From an uncultured Alphaproteobacteria bacterium (GTDB lineage Bacteria > Pseudomonadota > Alphaproteobacteria > RF32 > CAG-239), in assembly GCA_944389095.1 (NCBI GenBank), contig CALXLC010000052.1, forward strand, positions 9,240 through 73,239: a stretch of DNA of 64,000 bases, read 5' to 3'. Made by a program: the position numbers and the translations under genes. Below are positions 44,636-54,619 of this stretch, piece by piece; position 1 is the first letter of the stretch; each line of letters starts with the position of its first letter. The notes beneath the pieces are model-generated. The model was not told the origin of the DNA and did not search any database. It saw nothing but the letters and a program-made list of their open reading frames with translations.

Positions 44636-44995
44636 ATGTCTAAAATCGGTTGGCTGGCAGGGGTAATTTGTCTTTTGGCAAGCTGCGGAAACGGTGACTA
44701 TTCTTCTGTGGAAGGACGTTGGGTTGAGCCGGTTCCGGGGATGGAAAATCAGTTTCAGGGGTTTGATTTGCAAAAAGACGGCAAAGCCGAAAGTATCAAT
44801 ATGGCGACGTTGGTTTATGAACGTTGGGAAACGGACGGCAATGATTTGATTTTGTATGGCAAAAGTCTGGGAAACGGTCAGGTGATAGCTTTTCATGACC
44901 GAATGAAGATTGCCGAATTGACAGATAATACGCTGGTTTTACAATCGGGCGAGGTTCGGATAACCTATCATCGCGAAAATCCTTCTAAGGATTAA
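44636..44995 (+). CDS. lipocalin-like-domain lipoprotein
   Basis: Lipobox LLASC. GRWVEPVPG...DLQKDG...TLVL is typical of small lipocalin-like lipoproteins. The start was moved to the second ATG behind a strong RBS. Confidence 0.55.
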   Translation: MSKIGWLAGVICLLASCGNGDYSSVEGRWVEPVPGMENQFQGFDLQKDGKAESINMATLVYERWETDGNDLILYGKSLGNGQVIAFHDRMKIAELTDNTLVLQSGEVRITYHRENPSKD

Positions 44996-45224
44996 GGCAA
45001 TCGGTTTGTTTGATTTTTTGTGTCTGACAGGCCATAAGCCGGTCGCTGTCGGGCAGGTCTTCGGCGTCTCCGAAATTGTACATATCCAGATTAAAAGCCT
45101 GTTCGTCGTCCCGTTCGGGAAGGATGTCGATTAATTTTTCGTTTTGGATGGTGCGGATTTCAAAATCTTTTTCGTCGTCTTCCCGATAATCCTGATAAGT
45201 GTAATCTTTAATGATTTTTTTCAT
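44985..45224 (-). CDS. small acidic hypothetical protein
   Basis: 79 aa with GGAGGAACCC directly upstream of the ATG. Lies downstream of the sensor kinase on the same strand. Confidence 0.4.
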   Translation of the reverse strand: MKKIIKDYTYQDYREDDEKDFEIRTIQNEKLIDILPERDDEQAFNLDMYNFGDAEDLPDSDRLMACQTQKIKQTDCLNP

Positions 45225-45293
45225 GGGTTCCTCCTGTTTATGGTTTTTAAATAAGGAGAAAGATAATTTTTTGAAGAGGGGTGAACTGTTTTA

Positions 45294-46694
45294 TTAATTT
45301 TCTTCGCCGGAAACGGGATTGGAAAGCGGAAGGCGAAAGCCGATTTTGATAATACCGTTGTTGCTTGAGGCAAAAACATCTCCGCGGTGAAGCCGGATAA
45401 TGGCTTTGACGATGGATAAGCCCAGTCCGTGGTTGCTGCCGCTGTTTTGGCGATCTTTGCTGACTCTGTAAAAGCGTTCAAACAGATTGGGGAGGTCGGC
45501 CTCCGGAATATCATTGCCGAAATTGATAACGGTTACTTCGGCGAAGGAATCGGTTTCTTTGATTTCAACCGTTATCGGCGAATCCGGACTGCCGTGTTCT
45601 ATTGCATTACCGATGAGATTTGTGAAAACCCGTTTCAGCAGTGACGGTTCGACAGGTGCCCGGGCATCTCCTTTGATTTCCAGGGTATTGTGGTTTTCTT
45701 CCAGCAAAATTTCCAGAAAATCCGCTGTTTGACGAACTTCGTCGGCCAGAGAACACGGCTCCAGATTTAAAGCAATTTCTCCCTGATCGGCATGAGAAAG
45801 GAAGAGCATATCGCTGATAATGCTGCGCAGCCGTTCCAGTTCCTCAAGGTTGGACTGCATGATTTCTTCAAGCTCTTCATAGCTTCTCGGTTTTGACAGG
45901 GCAACTTCGGTTTGTCCGATGAGGTTGCCGACCGGGGTGCGCAGTTCGTGAGCCACGTCGGAGTTGAAAGCGGCTTGTCGGCGGTATGAAATTTCGAGAC
46001 GGTCCAAAACCCCGTTAAAGCTGTTTATCAGTCCCTGAAGTTCGGTCGGCAGGTCTTCTGCGGGCAGTCTTTGGGAAAGGTTGCTGGCGCTGATGCTTTG
46101 AGCATGGGACGATAAAACGTCAACAGGTTGCAGGTTGCGTTTGGCGATAAACATTCCCAACAGAGCTATGGTCGAGACGCTTATCAACAGAAAAACGTCA
46201 AAGGCAAGGTCCAGCCACTGATCAAAATCCTCGTAATAGTAGGCGTCAAGCGCTAATGATAAGATAACTTCGGGACGTTCTCCCGCGGCGGGAAATTTTT
46301 TTGAGTAAATACGAAAGAAGTTGCCGTCGATGTTTTGCTTACTGAAACCATGATGTTTATCCAAATGATCCGGGTTAATCCGGAACGGCGCATCTATCCG
46401 GTAACGGTCGTCGGCACTGTCGACTCTGATGTAAATGCGGCGTCCGTCTTCCTGGATGATTTTTTTGTATTTGTTTTTCAGGGCCAGCCAGGCATCGTAG
46501 TTTTCCGCTTTGACGACGTCGTAAGAAAAAAGAGAAAATCTGTTTTTGATTTCGGCGGTTTGGTAATTGTCTATTTCCGATGTTTCAAAATAAGCAAGGC
46601 CGATGACGGTGACGGACAGAATCAGCGCCGCCGACACGGCGTAAGATAAGGCCAATTTTTGAGCTATGGAACGCGGCTTTTGTATTTTTATCAT
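45294..46694 (-). CDS. heavy-metal (CusS/CopS-type) sensor histidine kinase
   Basis: Two TM segments, a HAMP domain, the H-box FNSDVAHELRTPV, the family-typical QSNLEELERLRSIISDMLFLSHAD, an N-box (NAIEH) and a G-box (HGLGLSIV). Confidence 0.8.
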   Translation of the reverse strand: MIKIQKPRSIAQKLALSYAVSAALILSVTVIGLAYFETSEIDNYQTAEIKNRFSLFSYDVVKAENYDAWLALKNKYKKIIQEDGRRIYIRVDSADDRYRIDAPFRINPDHLDKHHGFSKQNIDGNFFRIYSKKFPAAGERPEVILSLALDAYYYEDFDQWLDLAFDVFLLISVSTIALLGMFIAKRNLQPVDVLSSHAQSISASNLSQRLPAEDLPTELQGLINSFNGVLDRLEISYRRQAAFNSDVAHELRTPVGNLIGQTEVALSKPRSYEELEEIMQSNLEELERLRSIISDMLFLSHADQGEIALNLEPCSLADEVRQTADFLEILLEENHNTLEIKGDARAPVEPSLLKRVFTNLIGNAIEHGSPDSPITVEIKETDSFAEVTVINFGNDIPEADLPNLFERFYRVSKDRQNSGSNHGLGLSIVKAIIRLHRGDVFASSNNGIIKIGFRLPLSNPVSGEEN

Positions 46695-47362
46695 TTACGA
46701 AGTTCCAGGATGTAGCCCATGCCGCGAATGGTGTGCAAAAGCTTGGGTTCGTCATCGGTTTCCAGTTTGGAGCGCAGGCGTTTGACGGTGGCCTCCACAA
46801 CGTTGGTGTTGGTATCGAAGCAGATGTCCCAGACCAGCTCGGTAATGACGGTTTTGGAGACTATCTGACCGCGGCGTTTGGCCAAAACTTCCAACAGGGC
46901 AAATTCTTTGGCGGTCAAATCCAGACGACGTTTGCCCCGAAATGCCCGTCGGGAGAGCAGGTCAATATGTAAATCACCGATGTAAATATGAGATTCTTCT
47001 TTGGTGCGGGTTCGGCGGGTGATGACCTGCAGGCGGGCCAGAAGTTCCAAAAAGGAAAAGGGTTTGATTAAATAATCATCTGCTCCGGCACGAAATCCTT
47101 CCAGCCGGCTGTTAAGCGCGTCTTTGGCGGTGAGCATCAAAACCGGCGTACTGACGGACGGACGAATGGATTTGAGGATGCTGATGCCGTCCAGTCCGGG
47201 CAGCATGATATCCAAAATTATTGCGTCGTATTCGCCTTCTGTGGCCAGATGCAGGCCGTCAAGGCCGTTGGAGGCCGTGTCTACCTGATAGCCTTGTTCG
47301 GTCAGTCCCTGCCGGAGGTAGTTTACGGTTTTGGTTTCGTCTTCGATAACGAGTATCTTCAT
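46691..47362 (-). CDS. OmpR-family response regulator, CusR/CopR type
   Basis: MKILVIEDETKTVNYLRQGLTEQGY.V......GL.GLHLA..GEYDAIILDIMLPGLDG closely parallels E. coli CusR. Has a winged-helix C-terminus (RGMGY). The start was chosen at ATG 47362. Confidence 0.85.
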   Translation of the reverse strand: MKILVIEDETKTVNYLRQGLTEQGYQVDTASNGLDGLHLATEGEYDAIILDIMLPGLDGISILKSIRPSVSTPVLMLTAKDALNSRLEGFRAGADDYLIKPFSFLELLARLQVITRRTRTKEESHIYIGDLHIDLLSRRAFRGKRRLDLTAKEFALLEVLAKRRGQIVSKTVITELVWDICFDTNTNVVEATVKRLRSKLETDDEPKLLHTIRGMGYILELRK

Positions 47363-47480
47363 GGAAGTATCTGCCGTGATTGATGTGTTTTGCGCTAATG
47401 CTATCATGATTTTGGTTTTCCGGTCAAGATGTTGAGTTATGCACATCATAAAACATAAAAACGTTTTTATCGTGACATAA

Positions 47481-47500
47481 AAATGACAATAATGTCATTT
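47481..47500. promoter_or_regulatory. CusR-box-like operator (AAATGACA-ATAA-TGTCATTT)
   Basis: Perfect 8-bp inverted repeat with a 4-nt spacer, about 120 bp upstream of the regulator start. It has the same ATGACA-N4-TGTCAT geometry as the E. coli CusR box AAAATGACAANNTTGTCATTTT. Confidence 0.6.
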
Positions 47501-47633
47501 AGCGCTTTGCCGCTTGCCGAAAGCTTCTTTATCTTTTATTCTTGCAGAGTAACCCGCGGGAAGCGTTTATAAAAATATCAGGGCTCCAATTTGTAAGATG
47601 TTTTCTCATGCAATTCCGGCGGGTTTGTTTATT

Positions 47634-49010
47634 TTAAAATCTGCGGGCAGGGACGCCGTTTTTCCAGTTTTTTTCAATTTTTTCAAGAGAAATTCCTTTG
47701 GTTTCGGGGATGAAAAAGAAAACGAAAAGCAGCGAAAGTACGGTTATGCCGCCGAATATCCAGAAGGTTACGGCTTTGCCGAGCGTTTCTATCATCGGCA
47801 GAAAACTCAGGACCACAATGAAGTTGAAGCCAAAATTGGCTACCGTGCATAAGCTCATTGCAAAACCCCGGATTTTGAGAGGCAATATTTCCGAGACGAG
47901 AATCCAGCCGACCGGTCCGAGACTCATGGCAAAAGAGGCAATGTAAACAAGAACGCTGCCGACGGCCAGCCATTTTAATCCGCTGCCGAGAATATCGGCA
48001 AAATGGAAGGCGAAACCGAGGCTTACCAGTGCGGCGAGCATTCCCCATAAGCCAATGTAAAGCAAGGGTTTTCGTCCGATACGGTCGGTAAAAACAATTG
48101 CGACGACCGTCATGCCGAAATTGACAAGGCCTACGCCGATGGTGGCATAAATGGCGCCGATGGCGGAATCAAATCCGGCAATGCGAAAAATAGTCGTGGT
48201 GTAGTAAATTACGGTGTTAATGCCGGTGCATATTTGCACAAACATAATGCCGATACCGGCAAAAATCGGCATCAGCATCCATTTTTTGAACGTAAACCGG
48301 GATTTTCCACCGCCGGTTCCGAGAGTTGTTTTAATTTCCTCAATTTGTTGCTGAGAATCGCATTCAGGGTCAATTTTTTCAAAAATCTCTTTGGCTTCTT
48401 TGTCGCGTTTTTTGCTAATCAGCCAGCGCGGCGTATCGCCCAGAAAACTGATGCCTATCAGGAGTATCAGAGCAGGGATGAGTCCGGAGCCGAGCATCCA
48501 GCGCCAGTTATGTTCAAAATTGGCAAAAATGCGGTTTATCAGGTAAGAAAACAAAATGCCGGCGGTAATGGCCAGTTGAAACAGCGAAACCAGCATGCCG
48601 CGGATTTTTTGCGGGGAGATTTCGGAGAGGTAAAGAGGAACGACAAATGTTACCATGCCGACGGCAATGCCGATGACTATGCGCGAGGCTATCAGCCAGC
48701 CGGCTGTCGGGGCATAAGCACACATGACGGAGCCGAGAGCAAAAATCAGGGCCGTTGCGATAATTATTTTACGACGTCCGTAGATGTCCGCAAGAATTCC
48801 GTTGGCGGCGGCACCGATGACGGAACCGACAATGGCTGAACTGACCAGCCAGCCCTGGGCCAGAGAGGACATCTGCCAGGTTTCGTTGATAAAAATCAGC
48901 GCGCCGGAAATGACGCCCATGTCGTATCCGGAAAGCAGCCCGCCGAGAGAAGCAACCAAAGCAATGACGTAAAGCCAGAGGTGGCGGCGGGGTTTGGCGT
49001 AAGCAGACAT
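47634..49010 (-). CDS. MFS sugar porter family transporter
   Basis: Contains GRRKIII (motif A), PESPRW-like DTPRWL, a second GRKPLL, and PETKG. 12 TM segments. Confidence 0.85.
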   Translation of the reverse strand: MSAYAKPRRHLWLYVIALVASLGGLLSGYDMGVISGALIFINETWQMSSLAQGWLVSSAIVGSVIGAAANGILADIYGRRKIIIATALIFALGSVMCAYAPTAGWLIASRIVIGIAVGMVTFVVPLYLSEISPQKIRGMLVSLFQLAITAGILFSYLINRIFANFEHNWRWMLGSGLIPALILLIGISFLGDTPRWLISKKRDKEAKEIFEKIDPECDSQQQIEEIKTTLGTGGGKSRFTFKKWMLMPIFAGIGIMFVQICTGINTVIYYTTTIFRIAGFDSAIGAIYATIGVGLVNFGMTVVAIVFTDRIGRKPLLYIGLWGMLAALVSLGFAFHFADILGSGLKWLAVGSVLVYIASFAMSLGPVGWILVSEILPLKIRGFAMSLCTVANFGFNFIVVLSFLPMIETLGKAVTFWIFGGITVLSLLFVFFFIPETKGISLEKIEKNWKNGVPARRF

Positions 49011-49085
49011 GGATGTCCTCCTGCGGTTTGATGTTTTTGTATGCGTTTATGTTAATATAATCTGTTTCGGCGGAACGGCAACAGT

Positions 49086-49817
49086 TTAAATTCTTTCAAA
49101 ATCCAAAAAAACCGGGCGCCGCCCTTCTCGGAGAGCCTTGCGCTGATATTTGGTCTGAACCCAGTCGGCCGGTTCGTGTTTCCAATCATTTCCGCAAGTT
49201 GCCGTCCAGCGAAAATCTGGTGTTTCCGCCAGGCGCCGCAAGGTCCAGCCTTTGTATATTTTATGATCGGTGGCTACCCGCAAAATGCCGCCTTTTTTCA
49301 GAATTCTGGCGATTTCACGAAGATTTTCCGGGTTGATGAAACGTCTTCCGGCATGGCGCTTTTTCGGCCAGGGATCCGGAAAAAGAACAAAAACTTTATC
49401 CAGACAGGCGTCGGGGAGTTTGGGAAACAGCAGGCGGATGTCATCATCAAAAACGCGGATGTTGTCCGCGCGTTCGGGCAGAAGTTTTATTTTAGAAGGC
49501 AATGCGCTTCCTTCTTTGATGCCGGTTATCAGGCTGAGCAAATTGGCGACGCCGTTTTTAAAGACTTCGGCGCCAATATATCCGGTTTGAGGGTGTTTGA
49601 GCGCCTGGCCCGCCAAATGTTCTCCGTTTCCGAATCCTATTTCAAGGCAGACCGATTGTACTGGTATTCCGAATAAGGCGGCGGGCGAAAGAATTTTTTC
49701 GTCGGCGAGCTCTATCTTTATCTGCGGCAGAAAAGCTTCCAATAAGGTGCTTTTGGCTTTGCGGATACGACGACCCTGACGGCGGCCGTAAAATTTTGGT
49801 TTGTCATCAGAAAGCAT
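49086..49817 (-). CDS. trmB: tRNA (guanine46-N7)-methyltransferase TrmB
   Basis: Contains EIGFGNGEHL...FPDPWPKKRH.KRR. Overlaps the metK stop. Confidence 0.9.
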   Translation of the reverse strand: MLSDDKPKFYGRRQGRRIRKAKSTLLEAFLPQIKIELADEKILSPAALFGIPVQSVCLEIGFGNGEHLAGQALKHPQTGYIGAEVFKNGVANLLSLITGIKEGSALPSKIKLLPERADNIRVFDDDIRLLFPKLPDACLDKVFVLFPDPWPKKRHAGRRFINPENLREIARILKKGGILRVATDHKIYKGWTLRRLAETPDFRWTATCGNDWKHEPADWVQTKYQRKALREGRRPVFLDFERI

Positions 49818-50961
49818 GTTTAAGGTCCTCTACCAAGTCGAGTTTTTCCCATGAAAAACATCCGTCGGGCCGTGGTTGTCGGCCGAAGTGTCCGTAAACG
49901 GCCGTCGGCGTGTAAATCGGATTTTGCAGCTTCAGTCGACGAATAATGCCCTGCGGGGTCAAATCCGTCATTTCGCGCAGGGTTTTCAGAATTTTTTGTT
50001 CATCGACTTTGGCTGTGCGGTTGGTGTTGATATAAAGAGACAGCGGTTCGGCTATGCCGATTGCGTAAGATATTTGCAGCAAACATTCTTCGGCCAGACC
50101 GGCAGCAACAACGTTTTTGGCCAAATAACGCAGCATATAGGCTGCCGAGCGATCGACTTTTGTTGCGTCTTTGCCTGAAAACGCGCCGCCGCCGTGCGGG
50201 GCGTAGCCGCCATAGGTGTCTACGATGATTTTACGGCCGGTCAGTCCGGTGTCTCCGTCCGGTCCGCCGGTAACAAAGCGCCCGCTGGGATTTATCAAAA
50301 TATTTTGCTCTTCAGGCATCCAGTTTTCGGGAAGGGCGCGGCAAATGAGCGGCATAACAATCTGGCGGATTTGTTCTAGCGAGAGTTCATTCCTGTGTTG
50401 GGTGGAAACGACAATTTTTTCGATGCCGACGGGTTGTCTTTCATCGTTATAACGGACGGTTACCTGGCTTTTGGAATCCGGTTCTATTCCGGGAATTTGT
50501 CCGAGATGTCTGGCCTCACTCAGGTTTTTCAATATTCGGTGGGCAAGTTTGATGGGCAGAGGCATAAAATCGCATTCGAATCCGAGTTCGTTTTTGGCGT
50601 AGCCGAACATGATTCCCTGGTCGCCTGCTCCCCGGCGGTCAACGCCGGCGGCAATGTCGGGTGACTGCCGGTGCAGGTAGTTTTCTATCTGCAGGTTTTT
50701 CCAAGAAAAACCCGTCTGGTCATAACCGATACGGCGAACCGTTTCCCGGACAAGCTGTTCGATTTCTTGTTTTTCGGGTGGTACGGCCGTATTAATTTCT
50801 CCCGAGATTATGACGCGTCCGGTGGTTGCCATGGTTTCTACGGCCGTACGGGCAAGCGGGTCCCTTTTCAGGCAGGCGTCGAGAATTGTATCCGAAATTG
50901 CGTCGCAGACTTTATCAGGATGGCCTTCCGATACGGATTCACTGGTAAATAAAAAGCTCAT
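49807..50961 (-). CDS. metK: S-adenosylmethionine synthase
   Basis: Contains FTSESVSEGHPDK, GAGDQG, and GGGAFSGKD.TKVDRS. Confidence 0.96.
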   Translation of the reverse strand: MSFLFTSESVSEGHPDKVCDAISDTILDACLKRDPLARTAVETMATTGRVIISGEINTAVPPEKQEIEQLVRETVRRIGYDQTGFSWKNLQIENYLHRQSPDIAAGVDRRGAGDQGIMFGYAKNELGFECDFMPLPIKLAHRILKNLSEARHLGQIPGIEPDSKSQVTVRYNDERQPVGIEKIVVSTQHRNELSLEQIRQIVMPLICRALPENWMPEEQNILINPSGRFVTGGPDGDTGLTGRKIIVDTYGGYAPHGGGAFSGKDATKVDRSAAYMLRYLAKNVVAAGLAEECLLQISYAIGIAEPLSLYINTNRTAKVDEQKILKTLREMTDLTPQGIIRRLKLQNPIYTPTAVYGHFGRQPRPDGCFSWEKLDLVEDLKHAF

Positions 50962-51006
50962 GAATATTTTCCTTAAGCTGTAAATTTAATTCAAATTATA
51001 AAAAAA

Positions 51007-51033
51007 AGCCGGTCTTCAAACCAGCTTTTTTTT
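51007..51033 (-). terminator. weak terminator-like hairpin between the HTH gene and metK
   Basis: AGCCGGT-CTTCAA-ACCAGCT with one mismatch, flanked by A7 and T8. Confidence 0.35.
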
Positions 51034-51053
51034 CAGGTTTTATGCAGTTTTTG

Positions 51054-51560
51054 CTATTCTTCGTCTTTGTTATTGTTATAAGTGCTTTTGGACATGGCAA
51101 TAATCAGGTCAAACATGTGTTTGGCTGCCTTGCGGTTGGGGATTTTGTAATAGGCCTTTACCAGTTCAATGGTTTCCTGCTTTTGCATCGGGTCTACTTC
51201 GTAAGTTTCCTCTTCTTCGGCCAAAAGCGCCGGATTGCTCTCGTTGAGACTGAACATCCGCGGACTTTGGCTGGCAACGGACTTATCCATATCTTCAAAG
51301 AAAAAGTTGATAGGAACTTCCAGAACTTTGCCGATATCCCACAAGCGACTGGCGCCGACACGATTCATTCCGCGTTCGTATTTTTGGACCTGCTGAAAGG
51401 TCAGGCCGAGCAAAGATGCCAGTTTTTCCTGACTGAGCCCCAGCAGGGTTCTCCGCAGGCGTATCCGGTTGCCGACATGTACGTCAATGGGATTCGGTTC
51501 GCCCTGTGGCGTACGTCCGCGGCAAGATTTTCTATTGATTCCTTTGGTCATAATCATCAT
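51054..51560 (-). CDS. XRE-family helix-turn-helix transcriptional regulator
   Basis: Contains VGNRIRLRRTLLGLSQEKLASLLGLTFQQVQKYERGMNRV. It sits in the lnt / HTH / metK-trmB position that I recall as conserved in alphaproteobacteria. Confidence 0.8.
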   Translation of the reverse strand: MMIMTKGINRKSCRGRTPQGEPNPIDVHVGNRIRLRRTLLGLSQEKLASLLGLTFQQVQKYERGMNRVGASRLWDIGKVLEVPINFFFEDMDKSVASQSPRMFSLNESNPALLAEEEETYEVDPMQKQETIELVKAYYKIPNRKAAKHMFDLIIAMSKSTYNNNKDEE

Positions 51561-51685
51561 TCCTTTTTTTGCTTCTCTCTATACTATTCATAAGATTTTG
51601 AGAGAAAATCGTCAACCTCTTTTTTATATAATATATTATATTAAATTATGCTAATTTCCTAATATAAAATTTTATATAAAACGCT

Positions 51686-53212
51686 TTATCTTTTCAGCTT
51701 AAGGATTGTCAGGCAAAAAGCAAGAACTATGTTGCCGAAACATAATATGACGATAAAATAATTGCCATAATTACCGTAAGGTGTGGATAACGATGAAATT
51801 TTCGGCAGGGCGGCATCGAGAATTCCTTTTTGATTGAGCGGCAAGGCTGCGATAATTTGCCCGTAGGGGGATATCAGGGCGCTGATGCCGGTATTGGCCG
51901 CCCGGGCGATGGTTATGCCTTCTTCCGCCGCGCGCAGACGGGTTGCCGTCAGATGCTGATAGGGACCGGCGGATTTTCCGTACCAGCCGTCGTTGGTTAA
52001 ATTTACAATCCATTGCGGTCGGTTATCCGGATCGACAATTTGTCCGGGAAAAATAACTTCGTAGCAAATTAATCCGCTCAGGGACGGCAAGCCGGAAAGT
52101 TTGACGGTGCGAGGTCCGTCTCCCGGTTCAAAGGTTCCGATGACGCTGGCCAACGGGCGTATCCATTCCGGCAGAAAACGCCGTAAGGGGATATATTCGC
52201 CGAAAGGCACCAGATGGGATTTGTCATAAACGGCAGCAATTCTGCCGTCAGGGGCAATCACAAACATTGAGTTGCGAGGGCGGTAGCGAGAGCTTTCAGG
52301 AGCCGGTGCATAGCGGACAAGGCCGGTAATCAGATAGCCCCGGGGCGGTACGGCTGCTTGAATTTCATGCAGGCGGGCCGGTTCCATATCCAGCGGGTAG
52401 GGAGCAGCCGTTTCTCCCCAAATCGTAAAGGCTATTTTTTGGTTTTGCGGTTCGGACATTTTGATGTATTGGCGGAAATTGTTTTCTAACGTTTCTTCCC
52501 GCCATTTTAATGTTTGGGGAATGGCCGGTTGAACCAAACGAATTATTGTGTCAGAGGGGGTTTTGTCGGCCTGCGAAAGACGGACGGTGCCGTACAGAAA
52601 AGTTCCGCCCAACAGTAAAACAGGGAGAAAAACGGCGTAAAACAGGTTTTTGCGTCCGGGGGCGCAGAAGTATAAAGCCGGACTTTGCACTGCGTACAGG
52701 ACAATCAGGGACAACAGGTAAGTTCCGCCCAAAGACGCCGCCTGAATAAGAGCATCGCTGAAACTGAGGGTGCTTCCGAGCAGATTCCAGGGAAAGCCGG
52801 TCAAAAAGAAACTGCGCAGCCATTCGAACAAAACCCATAGGGCCGGAAAAGCCAGAAAACGCGCAGGTAATCCCCGAAAGTAAAAGGTCAGTCCCGCCGG
52901 CAGGGCGATGAACAGGCCAAAAAAGAAACCGCAGGCAATCAAAACGACCGGATACAGCCATCCGAATGTTTCGGCTTCTATCAAAAGGGCATTGCCAATC
53001 CAGGAAAAGCCGGCGGCGAAAAAAGCGAATCCGAAAGCATATCCTCTTTTGAAAGCTTGTGCGGCGGTTTCGGCATTGTTAATCAGCCAAAATAATCTGG
53101 ATAAACTGAGAAACAGCAACGGAAAGATATTGAACGGCGGCAAAGCCCCGACGGAGAGCCACCCGAGCAGAAAAGCCGTCGTGCAGGAATGTTTTCGGAG
53201 ATAATTAAGCAT
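51686..53212 (-). CDS. lnt: apolipoprotein N-acyltransferase
   Basis: Multi-TM N-terminus and a CN-hydrolase domain (ICYE, NLTNDGW). The ATG at 53212 is preferred over the TTG at 53236. Confidence 0.9.
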   Translation of the reverse strand: MLNYLRKHSCTTAFLLGWLSVGALPPFNIFPLLFLSLSRLFWLINNAETAAQAFKRGYAFGFAFFAAGFSWIGNALLIEAETFGWLYPVVLIACGFFFGLFIALPAGLTFYFRGLPARFLAFPALWVLFEWLRSFFLTGFPWNLLGSTLSFSDALIQAASLGGTYLLSLIVLYAVQSPALYFCAPGRKNLFYAVFLPVLLLGGTFLYGTVRLSQADKTPSDTIIRLVQPAIPQTLKWREETLENNFRQYIKMSEPQNQKIAFTIWGETAAPYPLDMEPARLHEIQAAVPPRGYLITGLVRYAPAPESSRYRPRNSMFVIAPDGRIAAVYDKSHLVPFGEYIPLRRFLPEWIRPLASVIGTFEPGDGPRTVKLSGLPSLSGLICYEVIFPGQIVDPDNRPQWIVNLTNDGWYGKSAGPYQHLTATRLRAAEEGITIARAANTGISALISPYGQIIAALPLNQKGILDAALPKISSLSTPYGNYGNYFIVILCFGNIVLAFCLTILKLKR

Positions 53213-54095
53213 TGTCTTTTTCTGATGTTTCTTCAACCGACGGGCAAATCATGATTTTTTTGATACGACGGGGATCCACTTCCAAAATGCGGAATTTGAT
53301 ACCTGCCGGTCCTTCAATAATTTCACCGCGATTGGGAATTCGCTGGGCAAGATGGAAAACCAACCCGCCCAAAGTATCTATTTCGAGATTTTCTTCGGCG
53401 TCCTGCGGTGTCAGGTCAAGGTTTGCTATTTCTTTGATTTCGGAAAGTTCGGCTTTGGCGTCGGCGATAATCGTGCCGTTTTCTTCGCAGGAAATCAAAG
53501 GATCTTCTTCCAAATCGTATTCGTCTTCAATGTCGCCGACAATTTCTTCCAGTAGGTCTTCAATGGTGACCAGGCCGTCTATGCCGCCGTATTCGTCAAT
53601 TACCATGGCCATATGGACTTTGTTGAGCTGCATGTCGCGAAGCAAATCAAGAACTCTCATTGACGGCGAAACGAATTTGACGTTTGATGTGACAATATCG
53701 CTGACTTTGGTGTCCGTCTTGCCTTTAAGCAGGCATTTGACAAGGTCAATTACATGGACAATGCCGATAATGTCGTCCAGAGATTCTCCGTAAATGGGAA
53801 TTCGCGAGTGGCCGCGGGTTATCATCAGTTCGGCCAAATCAACAAGGCTGCCGTCTTTGGGAAAACCGACAATATCCGCCCGGGGAACCATGGCGCTGCT
53901 GCATTTTTTGTCCCGTAAACAGAGAATGTTGTTTAACAGCAATTGTTCGTGTTCGCTGAACTGTTCTTCGCCGTTGATGTTGGCTTCTTCAATCAGGTCT
54001 TCGATTGTTTCGCGGACAGTTTCCGGTTGTTTGCGGTTGAAGAAATTTTTTACGAAACTGCAGAAATTGTGCGACGGACAAGCTTCTTCGGGCAT
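53205..54095 (-). CDS. corC: CBS-pair/CorC_HlyC-domain protein (CorC/YbeX/TlyC family)
   Basis: Contains a CBS pair (AMVPRADIV...RIPIY) followed by the transporter-associated C-terminal domain. Sits in the lnt-corC-ybeY order. Confidence 0.85.
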   Translation of the reverse strand: MPEEACPSHNFCSFVKNFFNRKQPETVRETIEDLIEEANINGEEQFSEHEQLLLNNILCLRDKKCSSAMVPRADIVGFPKDGSLVDLAELMITRGHSRIPIYGESLDDIIGIVHVIDLVKCLLKGKTDTKVSDIVTSNVKFVSPSMRVLDLLRDMQLNKVHMAMVIDEYGGIDGLVTIEDLLEEIVGDIEDEYDLEEDPLISCEENGTIIADAKAELSEIKEIANLDLTPQDAEENLEIDTLGGLVFHLAQRIPNRGEIIEGPAGIKFRILEVDPRRIKKIMICPSVEETSEKDNA

Positions 54096-54103
54096 GGGAT
54101 TGA

Positions 54104-54619
54104 TTACTCCTCATAAGGATTATTAATGTTTAATTGCCGCAAAATCGCAATTTCGCGGCTTTCCATTTCTTCGGCCTCTTCATCTGTCTGATGGTCGAAT
54201 CCCAAAAGGTGCAGAATTCCGTGGGTCAGTAAATGGCAAAAATGATTGTGGAGCGAGATACCGGTTTCGTCCGCTTCCCGCTGCATGGTTTCAAGCGCAA
54301 TGATGATGTCACCCAGTTCAATGACATCATCCTGCTTCAACATATTTTCAAAATCATCGTCATCAACCGCCGCAAAAGATAAGACATTGGTAGGCTTATC
54401 CATGTTGCGGAAATCACGGTTGAGCCGGTGAACTTCGGTGTCGTTTCCGAGAGAAAGGTTAATATTGAGCGGTTTTTTCAGGTTCAGAAAAGAAGGTTTT
54501 CCTTCCGCCGCGGCAAATGCCAGTGTTTTGTCAAAGACGACTTGTGCCGTTTCGGCAACATCTTGAAGTGCCGTCAGCCACAAAGGTTCGTCAATAATAA
54601 GATTGAGCGCGTTATTCAT
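54104..54619 (-). CDS. ybeY: rRNA maturation endoribonuclease YbeY
   Basis: Contains the metal site HLLTHGILHLLGFDH. Confidence 0.92.
   Translation of the reverse strand: MNNALNLIIDEPLWLTALQDVAETAQVVFDKTLAFAAAEGKPSFLNLKKPLNINLSLGNDTEVHRLNRDFRNMDKPTNVLSFAAVDDDDFENMLKQDDVIELGDIIIALETMQREADETGISLHNHFCHLLTHGILHLLGFDHQTDEEAEEMESREIAILRQLNINNPYEE

Noticed and set aside
50962-51053. A possible SAM riboswitch in the metK leader.
   Set aside because: Only about 45 nt lie between the upstream hairpin and the metK RBS. I could not fold any SAM-II/SAM-V-like pseudoknot or find conserved AAAGCU-type elements.
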